Shown here: positions 7,616 to 16,983 of the stretch, piece by piece | Layout: every line of letters starts with the position of its first letter | Numbering within the stretch: the stretch's first letter is position 1 | IMG/VR virus record: IMGVR_UViG_3300032216_001520 | Location: 1-49,590 of that record | Source: a virus | Lineage: Duplodnaviria > Caudoviricetes | Length of the DNA stretch: 49,590 bases | Strand: one strand, 5' to 3' | The notes under the pieces: generated by a model | What the model saw: the letters and a program-made list of their open reading frames with translations, nothing else | Database searches by the model: none | What the model was told of the DNA's origin: nothing | Program-made: the position numbers and the translations under genes

Positions 7616-8236
7616 TTATGAATTCCTTATTTCGTTTACTGAATCTTGCCACACCTCTTGTGGTTTGGCTTTTCTAAATTGGTGTATCGGCAAGAATGTG
7701 GCAATATCCCATTCATTATGTTCTACGGAAAGAATCCTGGATTTGATATGTGGATACAGGTACTGTTTGATACATGGCCTGAATTCTTTCAGTTTGGATG
7801 ACGCATCCAACATCGGATACGTCACTCGGAGTCTCTTAATCTCATCCTCATCATTATAGATAGCAAACGGTAACAATTTTTTCAAGAAATTGATACGATA
7901 TCTAAGTGGCAAATAATGTAAGTTGAGACCTATAAAACCATCAGGTGTTCTTTTAAGTGGTATAACCAAAGGAAATCTGTCATAATATGGCAATTCTGCC
8001 TTACCTTTAGGGTCATACACAAAAAAGTATAAACCACCCATCAAAAACTTTTGTCGGTCACTTGGTCTTACATAACGGTGTGTTTCTTTGCTCATAACAG
8101 CAGATGCAGCTGCTGGATTTCTGAGAGCAGCAATCTTCTGCATGAGCCATTTGTAAGATTCTCGACTATTAGTTTGATAGTTGAGTTCGGCTTTTTGCTC
8201 AGATAATGTAGTAAGTATTGATGGTTTTATAGTCAT
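7616..8236 (-). CDS. gp2: DNA end protector gp2
   Basis: GLYFFVYDPK.K..LPYYDRFPLV, GLNLHYLP, PCIK.YL..H motifs. Confidence 0.92.
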   Translation of the reverse strand: MTIKPSILTTLSEQKAELNYQTNSRESYKWLMQKIAALRNPAAASAVMSKETHRYVRPSDRQKFLMGGLYFFVYDPKGKAELPYYDRFPLVIPLKRTPDGFIGLNLHYLPLRYRINFLKKLLPFAIYNDEDEIKRLRVTYPMLDASSKLKEFRPCIKQYLYPHIKSRILSVEHNEWDIATFLPIHQFRKAKPQEVWQDSVNEIRNS

Positions 8237-8240
8237 GGAC

Positions 8241-8247
8241 TATTTAG
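8241..8247 (-). promoter_or_regulatory. Late promoter (CTAAATA) upstream of gp2
   Basis: Plus strand reads TATTTAG in the gp4-gp2 gap. Confidence 0.6.
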
Positions 8248-8682
8248 TTAGAGGCCAAGGTGGTCTTCCGTGATTAACATAAACTGCCATCCACGGTCGA
8301 GACAGTATTCAGTTGCTGCTTTCCATTTGGCTTGATTGACACCCCATGTGACCACTTCATTGATGTATTGTTTGGTGACACGTTTCTTTTTTTCTGGTTC
8401 CATGGTCTGTTTCTTTGGTTTGACCTCAAGCATCATTGTTTTCAAAGAACCATCTCTGCCACGGGATTTAACAACAAAATCTGGAAAGTATCTGTGTACT
8501 TTGCCGTCTACTGGAGACCTGTAAGGAATGATAACCTCTTCTGAAGCCCATGATAAAATGTTTGGATTTTTGTCGAGCCAGTTCATCACTCTACATTCCC
8601 ATGAAGAGCGGTATATGATATTTGTGTGGTCCCCAACATATTTGTGAGGATTAGCAGGTCTAAATGTTCCAGAATACGCCAT
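8248..8682 (-). CDS. gp4: Head completion protein gp4 (TnsA-like endonuclease fold)
   Basis: MAYSG.F.P.NP.KY.GD, YRSSWE, W.SEE..IPY, HRYFPDF, EVKP, N.AKW.AA, ITE..L. Start placed at 8682 (MAYSG). Confidence 0.92.
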   Translation of the reverse strand: MAYSGTFRPANPHKYVGDHTNIIYRSSWECRVMNWLDKNPNILSWASEEVIIPYRSPVDGKVHRYFPDFVVKSRGRDGSLKTMMLEVKPKKQTMEPEKKKRVTKQYINEVVTWGVNQAKWKAATEYCLDRGWQFMLITEDHLGL

Positions 8683-8687
8683 AAATA
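8681..8687 (+). promoter_or_regulatory. Late promoter (ATAAATA) for baseplate operon
   Basis: At the gp4/gp48 divergence, about 30 nt before the gp48 ATG. Confidence 0.65.
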
Positions 8688-8717
8688 GTATATATAACTT
8701 TTTTACAAAGAGATAAA

Positions 8718-9698
8718 ATGGCAGACGAAACACAACCTTCATGGTTTGAACAAAACATTACTGGTCCTCTAAAGAGTTTGGCGGTAAACAAATACGATTT
8801 TAGTAAATTACAATATCCAGCGGATCTACAAGGACGTTCTAAAGGTGGCCACCGAGTACAATTTGACTTTTTTGATGCAAGGTCTGTTGGACTTCCAGAA
8901 GATATAGTTCATAATGTTAAAGATACAATAAAAGCTGGAATTGCTGCTGGTGTAAAAGGCGTTGATGCAATTGAAACGGCGTTTAATTCAAAAGATTTTG
9001 CAAATACATTTACCACATTTGCAGGAGGTGCAGCTGAATCAGCAACTGAAGCCGCAACAAAATTTAGAGGTTTTATAAAGAATCAAAAAGATTATAAAAC
9101 ATGTGTTAGTTTGTATATGCCAGACACATTGGTGTTCAATCAAGCTGCTGAATATGGTGAAATCTCTATTCTCGGTGCGGCTACTTCAGTTCCTGGTATA
9201 GGCGCAGTTGCAAGTGGTATACAAAGTGTACTTAACAATGAAGCTTTTAAATTGGTTTTAAACAAAGCAGGATATGCTTTTAATCCACAAGCTCAAGCAT
9301 TGTTTCAAGGTATACATTTTAGAACATTTAGTATGTCTTTTACTTTTACACCAAGATCCGCACAAGAAGCTGAACAGGTTAAAAAGATAATAAAAACATT
9401 TAGAACTTATGCTGCACCTACAATTCTTGATGCTACTGCTGGTTTTTTCTATAAACCACCAGGAATTATTAATGTAACATTTTGTAATGAACTTGATACA
9501 CTTACGGGTACTGGAACTTCTTTTCAAAATCAAAACATATTACAATTAGCAGATTGTGTATTGACTTCCGTAGATGTAAATTATGCACCAAGTGGATGGT
9601 CTGCACATAAAGATGGTCATCCTATACAAACTACTATGGATTTAAGTTTCCAAGAAATAGAACTCATCGATAGACAGATGATAGAAAAGGGTTATTAA
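8718..9698 (+). CDS. gp48: Baseplate tail tube cap gp48
   Basis: LQYP, LYMP, NP....LF.G..FRTFS..F.F.PRS..EA..V..II..F, C.LT.VDVNY, L.FQE motifs. Confidence 0.88.
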   Translation: MADETQPSWFEQNITGPLKSLAVNKYDFSKLQYPADLQGRSKGGHRVQFDFFDARSVGLPEDIVHNVKDTIKAGIAAGVKGVDAIETAFNSKDFANTFTTFAGGAAESATEAATKFRGFIKNQKDYKTCVSLYMPDTLVFNQAAEYGEISILGAATSVPGIGAVASGIQSVLNNEAFKLVLNKAGYAFNPQAQALFQGIHFRTFSMSFTFTPRSAQEAEQVKKIIKTFRTYAAPTILDATAGFFYKPPGIINVTFCNELDTLTGTGTSFQNQNILQLADCVLTSVDVNYAPSGWSAHKDGHPIQTTMDLSFQEIELIDRQMIEKGY

Positions 9699-9700
9699 AA

Positions 9701-10297
9701 ATGAAATATTTTAATACATTACCAAAAATATTATCCACAGACTATAATGGAAATGCCATAGCTTTAACAAATTTATTGGCTCGTGCTAATATTATACCAG
9801 AAGTATTAAAGAGCCCTCTTCTGTATTATACATATGATATTCAAGAAGGTGATACTCCAGAAATTGTTGCACATAAGTATTATGGTGATTCATATCGTTA
9901 TTGGATTGTCTTGTTTGCAAATCAAATGCTTGACCCACAATGGGACTGGCCATTAAGTGGAAGTAATTTCAATAAGTATATTGTTGATAAGTATACAGAA
10001 TTTAATCCATATTCCGAAGTACATCATTATGAAAAAACTTTAACACAATATGATAACAATACATTCATCACAACAGTAAATACAGTAGCTGTGGATGAAT
10101 ATACTTATGACCACATTATTGAAGGTACAAATTCATATACTTTACCAACTGGAGTTATTTCGATATCTATAACAAAAAAAGCAGTTACTTATTATGCTTA
10201 TGAATTGGATTTGAATGAGTCTAAGAGAAATATTAAATTATTAAATCAAATATATGTTAATGAATTTGAATCTGAATTTAAAAGACTGATGGTTTAA
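9701..10297 (+). CDS. gp53: Baseplate wedge protein gp53 (LysM-like)
   Basis: YF..LP, Y.IQEGDTPEIVAHKYYGD..RYWIVL..N...DP..DWPL, E...NE.KR.IKLL. Confidence 0.92.
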   Translation: MKYFNTLPKILSTDYNGNAIALTNLLARANIIPEVLKSPLLYYTYDIQEGDTPEIVAHKYYGDSYRYWIVLFANQMLDPQWDWPLSGSNFNKYIVDKYTEFNPYSEVHHYEKTLTQYDNNTFITTVNTVAVDEYTYDHIIEGTNSYTLPTGVISISITKKAVTYYAYELDLNESKRNIKLLNQIYVNEFESEFKRLMV

Positions 10298-10299
10298 AC

Positions 10300-11625
10300 A
10301 TGGCAGAAAACAAAATATATTATGCACAAAGTGTATCCATTGATGAAGTAACCGTTTACCCAACAAACGGAGAACCCCTTTTAATTAAAGAATTGGTAAT
10401 TGAATTATCTTACTTTGAAGATTTATATGGTGATACAGTATCTGGATATGTAACACTAAGAGATACACAAGCTATCGTTCAAAGATGGCAATTATTGAAT
10501 TTGTGTAAAATTAAAATTAACTTTGGTAGAAATAGTGGCGCCACAGAAAACACTTCTGGCACTTTTATTATATATGCTATAGATAAAAAGGCAACAGGTC
10601 ATCTAACAGAAGAATATGTAAAATTATATTTTTGTTCAAAAGAGTTTTTAGATTCCGAATCATCTAAGGTACAAAGACCTAGACCTGAAGGCGGTGAAGA
10701 AATACACAAATATGTAAAATACATATTAACAGATTTTTTAAAAATTAAAGATACAGTTAAAAAAATTGATATTGAAAATACACAAGGTCTTTATGAATTC
10801 AATATAGAAACAAAAAGTCCTTTTGCAGCAATAAATTGGTTATCTGTTAGAGCAAGGTCGGCTTCTCAACCTTTGGCTGGTGCTGACATGTTATTTTTTG
10901 AAAATAAAAATGGTTATAATTTTAAATCTTTAAGAACATTAAGAAGTAAAGATACATATAATTATTATAATTATAATATAAAAAATGTTGATACAGATAT
11001 AGAATTAAAAACACATGATATACTTCAATTAGAATATGTTAAAAGTTTTAATGCTCTAGAAGCAATAAACTCAGGCGTTTTTGCAAATCAATTAATAACG
11101 GTTGATACAATTACCGGCCAAAGCAAACTTGTAAATTTTAATTATTCAGATTATATCAAAAACAATAAACCATCCAACGGATATGGTGTTATAAATGATG
11201 TAACTTTATTTGGAAAAAAATTAAGTGAAAATTATAGGAGTGTTACAAGAGTCTCTGCAACCAATTCAGATTCAACAAACACTAAAGATATTACTGGAAC
11301 AAATCCTGGTTCTATTCCTAAAGACTTCACAGTTGAAAATTACATACCACATAGAAAAACACAATTGTTGTTATCTAATTTTATCTTGTTAAAAGTTTCT
11401 GTTCCGGGTGATCCTAATTTAACAGTTGGTATGACCATTAATTTGAATATTTATTCTCTGGTTATAAATGGAAATACAAGAGAAATAGATAAATTTTATT
11501 CTGGTAAATATTTAATAAATGCTGTACGGCACGTTTTACAACCATCAAATGGAATGTATCAAACATATATGGAATTAGCAAAAGATAGTTACTCAGAGCA
11601 GTTAGAATCGGGAGGAATAAATTAA
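10300..11625 (+). CDS. Baseplate hub protein (gp27/VgrG-N-like)
   Basis: Between gp53 and gp5; YFEDL, FFEN..GYNFKSL, V.GDP.L.VG, SGKYLI.AVRH motifs typical of hub proteins. Confidence 0.7.
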   Translation: MAENKIYYAQSVSIDEVTVYPTNGEPLLIKELVIELSYFEDLYGDTVSGYVTLRDTQAIVQRWQLLNLCKIKINFGRNSGATENTSGTFIIYAIDKKATGHLTEEYVKLYFCSKEFLDSESSKVQRPRPEGGEEIHKYVKYILTDFLKIKDTVKKIDIENTQGLYEFNIETKSPFAAINWLSVRARSASQPLAGADMLFFENKNGYNFKSLRTLRSKDTYNYYNYNIKNVDTDIELKTHDILQLEYVKSFNALEAINSGVFANQLITVDTITGQSKLVNFNYSDYIKNNKPSNGYGVINDVTLFGKKLSENYRSVTRVSATNSDSTNTKDITGTNPGSIPKDFTVENYIPHRKTQLLLSNFILLKVSVPGDPNLTVGMTINLNIYSLVINGNTREIDKFYSGKYLINAVRHVLQPSNGMYQTYMELAKDSYSEQLESGGIN

Positions 11626-12836
11626 TGAATTTTGATGAACAGTTACATAAATTGGTTTATGGTGTAGTAGAATCTGTCTATGATCCTTTAAACTATGGTC
11701 GGGGTAAAGTTAGGTGGTATATACCATCACACATGTATCCTGCAACACCAAGACCAACAGAAACATTGCCTTGGGTACAGTTGGCTCTAGGTACAACATT
11801 TTCTGTGCCTCCTGTTGGAACAATTGTACAAGGTTTTTTTGAAGATGGTGAAGATTTCCAAAAACCTGTTGTAATAAACTTTATTCCAAGATGGAATAAA
11901 AACATACCAAAAGCATTACTTGATTATAACGTTCCAAATAATACTATTCCAAATGATGTTGTTTCTCCAACGGCACAACAATCATTAAATCGAAGCACAA
12001 AAGAAGCTGAAATAAAAAAAGCACCAGAAAAACCAGCTTACGTTGGTGATGGAAAAGGTAAAGGTCCATCATGGTCATATTCAGCCCAAGGCATAGTTGC
12101 AAATACTGGAATTTCAGTAACAAATACAAATATATCACATGTCTGTGATTTTAGATATAGGCTTGATTTTGACATTGGATTAACTGGACTTCTGAATCCA
12201 ATTACGGCAATTACGGGTGCCATTAAAAAAGGCAAAAATAATGCTGCCAATATTATTGCTATGTTGATTCAAAAACTAAACGATACAATTACTACAGCAA
12301 TTAAAGAAATAGTAAAAGCAATAGGCCTTGATCCAACTGGTACAGTATCAACAATTTATGCTAGAGTTACTGGCATACTCGAAGATATTAATGATTTCAT
12401 AAAAGATGCCGCTAAATATGTTGAAATAGCATCAACTATATATTATTTGGTTAAAAATATTAATGATATTGTTGCATACTTAAAGAGTTTGCCAGCAAGG
12501 TTTTTGGCTATCGTACAAGATTGTATAACAAGATTTTTGAATGGTGCGAAACAATTCGCTGCACAAGTTGCAGCAATTCCTGGTCAAGTTAATGCTACAA
12601 TAGAAAATTTGGCAGGTTCTATAAAAACTAGTGCAGATGAATTACTTGGTAAACAACAAACTGAACTTAATTCAATAACGATACCAGATAATTTGAAAAC
12701 TTTATTCAATGATCCACAGTTGGACCATAGTAATACAATTATTCAATTTGTTTCTGATACTTATGGAAATTCAAATACTGTTATGGCAACCGTAGAATCA
12801 AACAATTTCGATCCAACAAAGGTACAATGGGCATGA
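11625..12836 (+). CDS. gp5: gp5 N-terminal part: OB-fold plus helical domain
   Basis: GVVE...DPL..GR.KVR, LPW, P.VG..V.GFF.DG...QKPV OB-fold motifs; no lysozyme motif; helical C-terminal half. Confidence 0.8.
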   Translation: MNFDEQLHKLVYGVVESVYDPLNYGRGKVRWYIPSHMYPATPRPTETLPWVQLALGTTFSVPPVGTIVQGFFEDGEDFQKPVVINFIPRWNKNIPKALLDYNVPNNTIPNDVVSPTAQQSLNRSTKEAEIKKAPEKPAYVGDGKGKGPSWSYSAQGIVANTGISVTNTNISHVCDFRYRLDFDIGLTGLLNPITAITGAIKKGKNNAANIIAMLIQKLNDTITTAIKEIVKAIGLDPTGTVSTIYARVTGILEDINDFIKDAAKYVEIASTIYYLVKNINDIVAYLKSLPARFLAIVQDCITRFLNGAKQFAAQVAAIPGQVNATIENLAGSIKTSADELLGKQQTELNSITIPDNLKTLFNDPQLDHSNTIIQFVSDTYGNSNTVMATVESNNFDPTKVQWA

Positions 12837-13684
12837 ACAAACCTGACGCATTTTGGGGCTGGAATGAACCGGAATCAGCAGCTAATACTGATTATCAACC
12901 GGTAAATCCATATAATCATACAAGATTAACAGACTCAGGTCACCTAATTGAGCTAGATGACACAAAAACCCGTGAACGAATTCGTGTAATGCACCGTTCA
13001 AACACATTTATAGAGATGCATCCGAATGGTGATGAGGTACATAAAATTTGGGGCGATGGTTACTATATTACACTAGGTGACCACAATATTTCAATCGGTG
13101 TGGATGATGGCCAACTTGCCAAGAAATTGAACATTACAGTCTTTGGTGATGTTAACATGCAAATATCTGGTAACAAAGTTGAAAATATTGACGGTGATGT
13201 AACGCAACATATAAAAGGAAACTTCACACAAATAGTAGAAGGATATTCTGATATAACATCTCAACTTGGTGCATCAATTACAGCTGGCGGTGGTGTCTCT
13301 GGTGGTTTACAAATTAAAGCCGCAAACGTAAATATGGATGGCAATTCAAGAATTCGTGGTAATTTGAACGCTGGAAACATTTATTCTCAAGGTAGAGTTG
13401 ATACATCAGATACTGGTGGAATGCGAGCAGGCGTAGCAGGTTTTGTGACACCTCTTGGTGGTTTATCGGTGGGATATGCTTTGGCTGTTCCTGCTAATAT
13501 ACTTTGTGTTGGTAGTATAAACGCTGGCATAACAGTAAATGCTGCTGTGTCTATGTTCTCACCAATTGGTAATTTTGGAACTATGAAAGCTGGATTGATG
13601 TCAGATACTGTTAACTCAGGCATTTTCAATTCACACCTCCACGAAGGCTTTGGTGCCGGAGCACCATACACAGTTTTTGTTTAA
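12827..13684 (+). CDS. gp5 C-terminal part: beta-helix spike with HxH tip
   Basis: PYNH...T.SGH.IELDDT..RERI...HR..TF.E.HP.G, V.GD/GN repeats, C-terminal SHLH. ATG at 12827 or 12833 (ATGA overlap). Confidence 0.82.
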   Translation: MGMNKPDAFWGWNEPESAANTDYQPVNPYNHTRLTDSGHLIELDDTKTRERIRVMHRSNTFIEMHPNGDEVHKIWGDGYYITLGDHNISIGVDDGQLAKKLNITVFGDVNMQISGNKVENIDGDVTQHIKGNFTQIVEGYSDITSQLGASITAGGGVSGGLQIKAANVNMDGNSRIRGNLNAGNIYSQGRVDTSDTGGMRAGVAGFVTPLGGLSVGYALAVPANILCVGSINAGITVNAAVSMFSPIGNFGTMKAGLMSDTVNSGIFNSHLHEGFGAGAPYTVFV

Positions 13685-13693
13685 GGATATAAA

Positions 13694-14500
13694 ATGAGTA
13701 TTTTTGGTAGATTGGGTTACGATTCGGCGAACACCTCAAATGTGGTGACACCATTATCGAATAATGCCATATCAACGATGAATCATATGCCGCCGTTGTT
13801 GAACGACTGGCAAACAACTGATTCAAGCAATAGTGATGTTAATGGTTATTTTGTTAATCCTGTAGCAAATGTGACACAAGGTATATGGAATACAGCAAAC
13901 ACGATTATTGCTATTACTGGACTTCAGGAGGCACTACCTGACATTTATACAACAGTAAATAATCTAAGAAGTTCTTGTAATACCTTCATTCGTCATACAA
14001 ATAGAATATCTGGTGTCAGTTCCATATTAGATGAACCATTACAACCACATTATAGTACAGCTATAGGAGTCAGTAAAATCGTTATGTTTATTGTATTCCG
14101 TTCAGATGGAATACAGAATAATGCTCCATTGATGGGTAATTTTACTAGTCTGACAGTCAATGATACATTGAGTACGATGAACACCTCAATTTCTGGTTAT
14201 TCGGCAAATATTGCAAATAGTATATCTGTAACAACAGTCGGAGATCCACCAGATACTTACACAACATATACAAGTAATTTGACTTCAATTCAGATATCGA
14301 CAGTCACATCTGGTCTAAATTCTATCAAAAATCTGATGGATACACGTAGAACCAGTGATGTAAACTTCTATAATAATTCTAGAGCAATCGTAAATGACTA
14401 TACTGTATTGAATCAATTTAGTAATCCTGGTCAGTCCGAGAAGTATTTAATCAATAATTACATAGGTACCGATAAATTAAAGTCTAGGATAAACTCATAA
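13694..14500 (+). CDS. Hypothetical virion/baseplate-associated protein (268 aa)
   Basis: Tightly packed between gp5C and gp25; Asn/Ser/Thr-rich. Confidence 0.7.
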   Translation: MSIFGRLGYDSANTSNVVTPLSNNAISTMNHMPPLLNDWQTTDSSNSDVNGYFVNPVANVTQGIWNTANTIIAITGLQEALPDIYTTVNNLRSSCNTFIRHTNRISGVSSILDEPLQPHYSTAIGVSKIVMFIVFRSDGIQNNAPLMGNFTSLTVNDTLSTMNTSISGYSANIANSISVTTVGDPPDTYTTYTSNLTSIQISTVTSGLNSIKNLMDTRRTSDVNFYNNSRAIVNDYTVLNQFSNPGQSEKYLINNYIGTDKLKSRINS

Positions 14501-14503
14501 ATA
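14497..14503 (+). promoter_or_regulatory. Late promoter (ATAAATA) upstream of gp25
   Basis: Motif overlaps the upstream stop codon. Confidence 0.55.
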
Positions 14504-14507
14504 AAAG

Positions 14508-14900
14508 ATGGCAACCATAAACAAAATATATTCCGACATAGATTTCACTTTCAATAAGAAACCTGTGACGGCAGATGTTGCGCTAAGTTATGATACTCAG
14601 GCAGTAACACGTTCCATTAGAAATCTGTTAAATACTAAGAATTATGACCGACTCTTCAATCCAGACTTAGGTTCTCAGATTGCTGGTTTATTATTTGAAA
14701 ATATATCCAATTCGGTAGCTTCTACATTAGAAGTTATGATAAAGAATGTAATAACGACATATGAACCTAGAGCTACATTACAAAGTGTAAACGTATCATC
14801 ACAACCAGAAAAAAATGCTTATAACGTTTCCATAACATTTTATATAGAAAACGCAACACTACCAACAACAACAACAATTCTTTTAGAGAGAAACCGATAA
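14508..14900 (+). CDS. gp25: Baseplate wedge subunit gp25
   Basis: YSDID, AV.RSIRNLL.T..YDRLF.P..GS....LLFE, YEPR motifs. Confidence 0.92.
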   Translation: MATINKIYSDIDFTFNKKPVTADVALSYDTQAVTRSIRNLLNTKNYDRLFNPDLGSQIAGLLFENISNSVASTLEVMIKNVITTYEPRATLQSVNVSSQPEKNAYNVSITFYIENATLPTTTTILLERNR

Positions 14901-14901
14901 A

Positions 14902-16983
14902 ATGGCTGGTGCTAATTCACAAATTCAGATGACGGATTTAGATTTTAATGGAATCAAAAATAATCTAAAAACGTTTTTACAATCACAAGACACACTAAGA
15001 GATTACAATTATGAAGGTTCTGCACTTTCTACATTGTTGGACATTCTTGCCTATAACACACAGTATAATGCATATTACTTGAATATGGTTGCTAATGAAA
15101 TGTTCTTAGACACAGCAATTCAAAGAAGTTCTGTTGTATCTCACGCCAAATTGTTGAATTATATACCAAAATCTACACGAGCAGCCGAATCTAAAATCAA
15201 TTTGGCCGTCAATGAAGTAACTGATTCAACATTGACGTTACCAAAATATACAGCTTTCATGTCTGAAGCAATTGACGGTAAAAATTATAATTTTGTTACA
15301 CCCACATCACATACTGTACAAGTTATTAACCGTACTGCAACGTTTTCAGGAATTACACTAAAACAAGGTGTTGCAACATCTTTGTCATTTACTGTTGATA
15401 ACACTTCAAATCCAAAATCAAAGTTTACAATACCAGATACAAATGTTGATACCACAACTATTCAAGTTTTAGTACAAGAGTCTTCCGTAAATACATCATA
15501 TGAAATTTATAGTGCCGCAGAGAATTATATGTCCTTAGATAATAATTCACTTGTATATTTTATACAAGAAAGTGTGTCCGGTAATTATGAAATTTATTTT
15601 GGTGATAATGTTTTAGGTAAAAAATTAACTAATGGTAATTTGGTAAGAATTTCATATATCGTAACGGATGGAACTGCTGCAGCTGGTGCAAACAGTTATG
15701 TTTTATTGAGTTCTATCAATGGTTATGCAAACACTTCAATTAATCCTATTGAAGCAACAAACTCAGGTGCAGCAAGAGAATCCATACAATCGATTCAGTT
15801 TCATGCGCCTAAAGCATATGCTGCACAGAAACGTGCAGTCACCAAAGAAGATTACATCAATGCTATTAAACAAAATGATACTGGTTATCCAATCGGTGCA
15901 GTTAATGTTTGGGGTGGCCAGGAAAATGAAACGCCTGTATATGGTCAAGTATTCATCTCTATCAAACCAGCAGGTGCATATACATTAACTGCCACACAAA
16001 AACAAAGATTGATTAATGATGTTATCAGACCAATTTCTGTTATGACTGTGGAACCAACTATTGTTGATCCAGATTACACATATATTCAAGTAACAGCAAA
16101 TGTATTGTATGATTCAAAGAAAACGAATCTGACTACTGGTCAAATAGAAAGTGATGTTAGAACAGCAATAAGAAATTTGGCTGATACAAGTTTAAATACT
16201 TTCAATTCAACGTTTTCTGCAACAGATTTTTCAAAGGCTATTGCTTCTGTAAACAGTTCAATCATTACAAATGAGATATCAATTAAGTTACAGAAGAAGT
16301 TTTATCCAAATTTAACAATACCATCAACTTACAATCTATATTATGGTGTACCACTAGTACGTGGAATGTTTCAAAGCGGTGTAACAAGCACACCATCAGT
16401 TAAATTCAAAGACCCAATCAATTTGGCAAATATTATTGATGGTGTTTATATTGAAGAAGTTCCAACATCTACTGGTGGACTTGAATCAATAGCTCTGATT
16501 AATCCTGGTTTTGGTTACCAATACGCACCTACAGTTACCATTTTGGGTGATGGCACAGGTGCAACTGCTGAAGCAGTTATAACCAACTCAGGACACATTG
16601 AAAAGATTAATGTATTAACTGCTGGTTCAGGTTACACAAGTGCAATCGTACAAATTACTGCAGCTCCTGGTGACACAACCGGTCTGTTAGGTGCTGGTGT
16701 ACCGACACTACAAGGTCGTTATGGTACACTCAGAAGTTATTATAATGATACACAAAATGTTAAAACTATTTTTAATAGTAATATTGGAACAATTGATTAT
16801 GTTGAAGGTATCGTCACATTAAATTCTTTTGCTCCTATTCAAGTTAACAATGACCTAGGTCAATTAACTGTGACCGCTAATCCAACCACAACAATCATTT
16901 CATCTTCATATAATAGAATCATCACAATTGATCCATATGATTCAAATTCAATTGTTGTAAATGTAACTGCCAAAACAGCATGA
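14902..16983 (+). CDS. gp6: Baseplate wedge subunit gp6
   Basis: LDF..IK.NLK.FL, DY.YEGS.LS.LLD.LAYNT.YNAYY.NM.ANEMFLDTA, YEIYFGD, Q.RAVT.EDY, WGG, YG.VFISIKP. Confidence 0.95.
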   Translation: MAGANSQIQMTDLDFNGIKNNLKTFLQSQDTLRDYNYEGSALSTLLDILAYNTQYNAYYLNMVANEMFLDTAIQRSSVVSHAKLLNYIPKSTRAAESKINLAVNEVTDSTLTLPKYTAFMSEAIDGKNYNFVTPTSHTVQVINRTATFSGITLKQGVATSLSFTVDNTSNPKSKFTIPDTNVDTTTIQVLVQESSVNTSYEIYSAAENYMSLDNNSLVYFIQESVSGNYEIYFGDNVLGKKLTNGNLVRISYIVTDGTAAAGANSYVLLSSINGYANTSINPIEATNSGAARESIQSIQFHAPKAYAAQKRAVTKEDYINAIKQNDTGYPIGAVNVWGGQENETPVYGQVFISIKPAGAYTLTATQKQRLINDVIRPISVMTVEPTIVDPDYTYIQVTANVLYDSKKTNLTTGQIESDVRTAIRNLADTSLNTFNSTFSATDFSKAIASVNSSIITNEISIKLQKKFYPNLTIPSTYNLYYGVPLVRGMFQSGVTSTPSVKFKDPINLANIIDGVYIEEVPTSTGGLESIALINPGFGYQYAPTVTILGDGTGATAEAVITNSGHIEKINVLTAGSGYTSAIVQITAAPGDTTGLLGAGVPTLQGRYGTLRSYYNDTQNVKTIFNSNIGTIDYVEGIVTLNSFAPIQVNNDLGQLTVTANPTTTIISSSYNRIITIDPYDSNSIVVNVTAKTA

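Noticed and set aside
8248-8682. Transposon (TnsA) or homing endonuclease
   Set aside because: Motifs and position next to gp2 and gp48 identify the core head completion protein gp4; no mobile-element ends.
8683-8742. N-terminal extensions given by the track for gp4 (also gp33 at 1053 and the GT at 45130)
   Set aside because: They overlap neighbouring genes or promoters; family-typical N-termini start at 8682, 1098 and 45151.
12820-12840. Programmed frameshift joining the gp5 halves
   Set aside because: No slippery heptamer; an ordinary ATGA stop/start overlap explains it.
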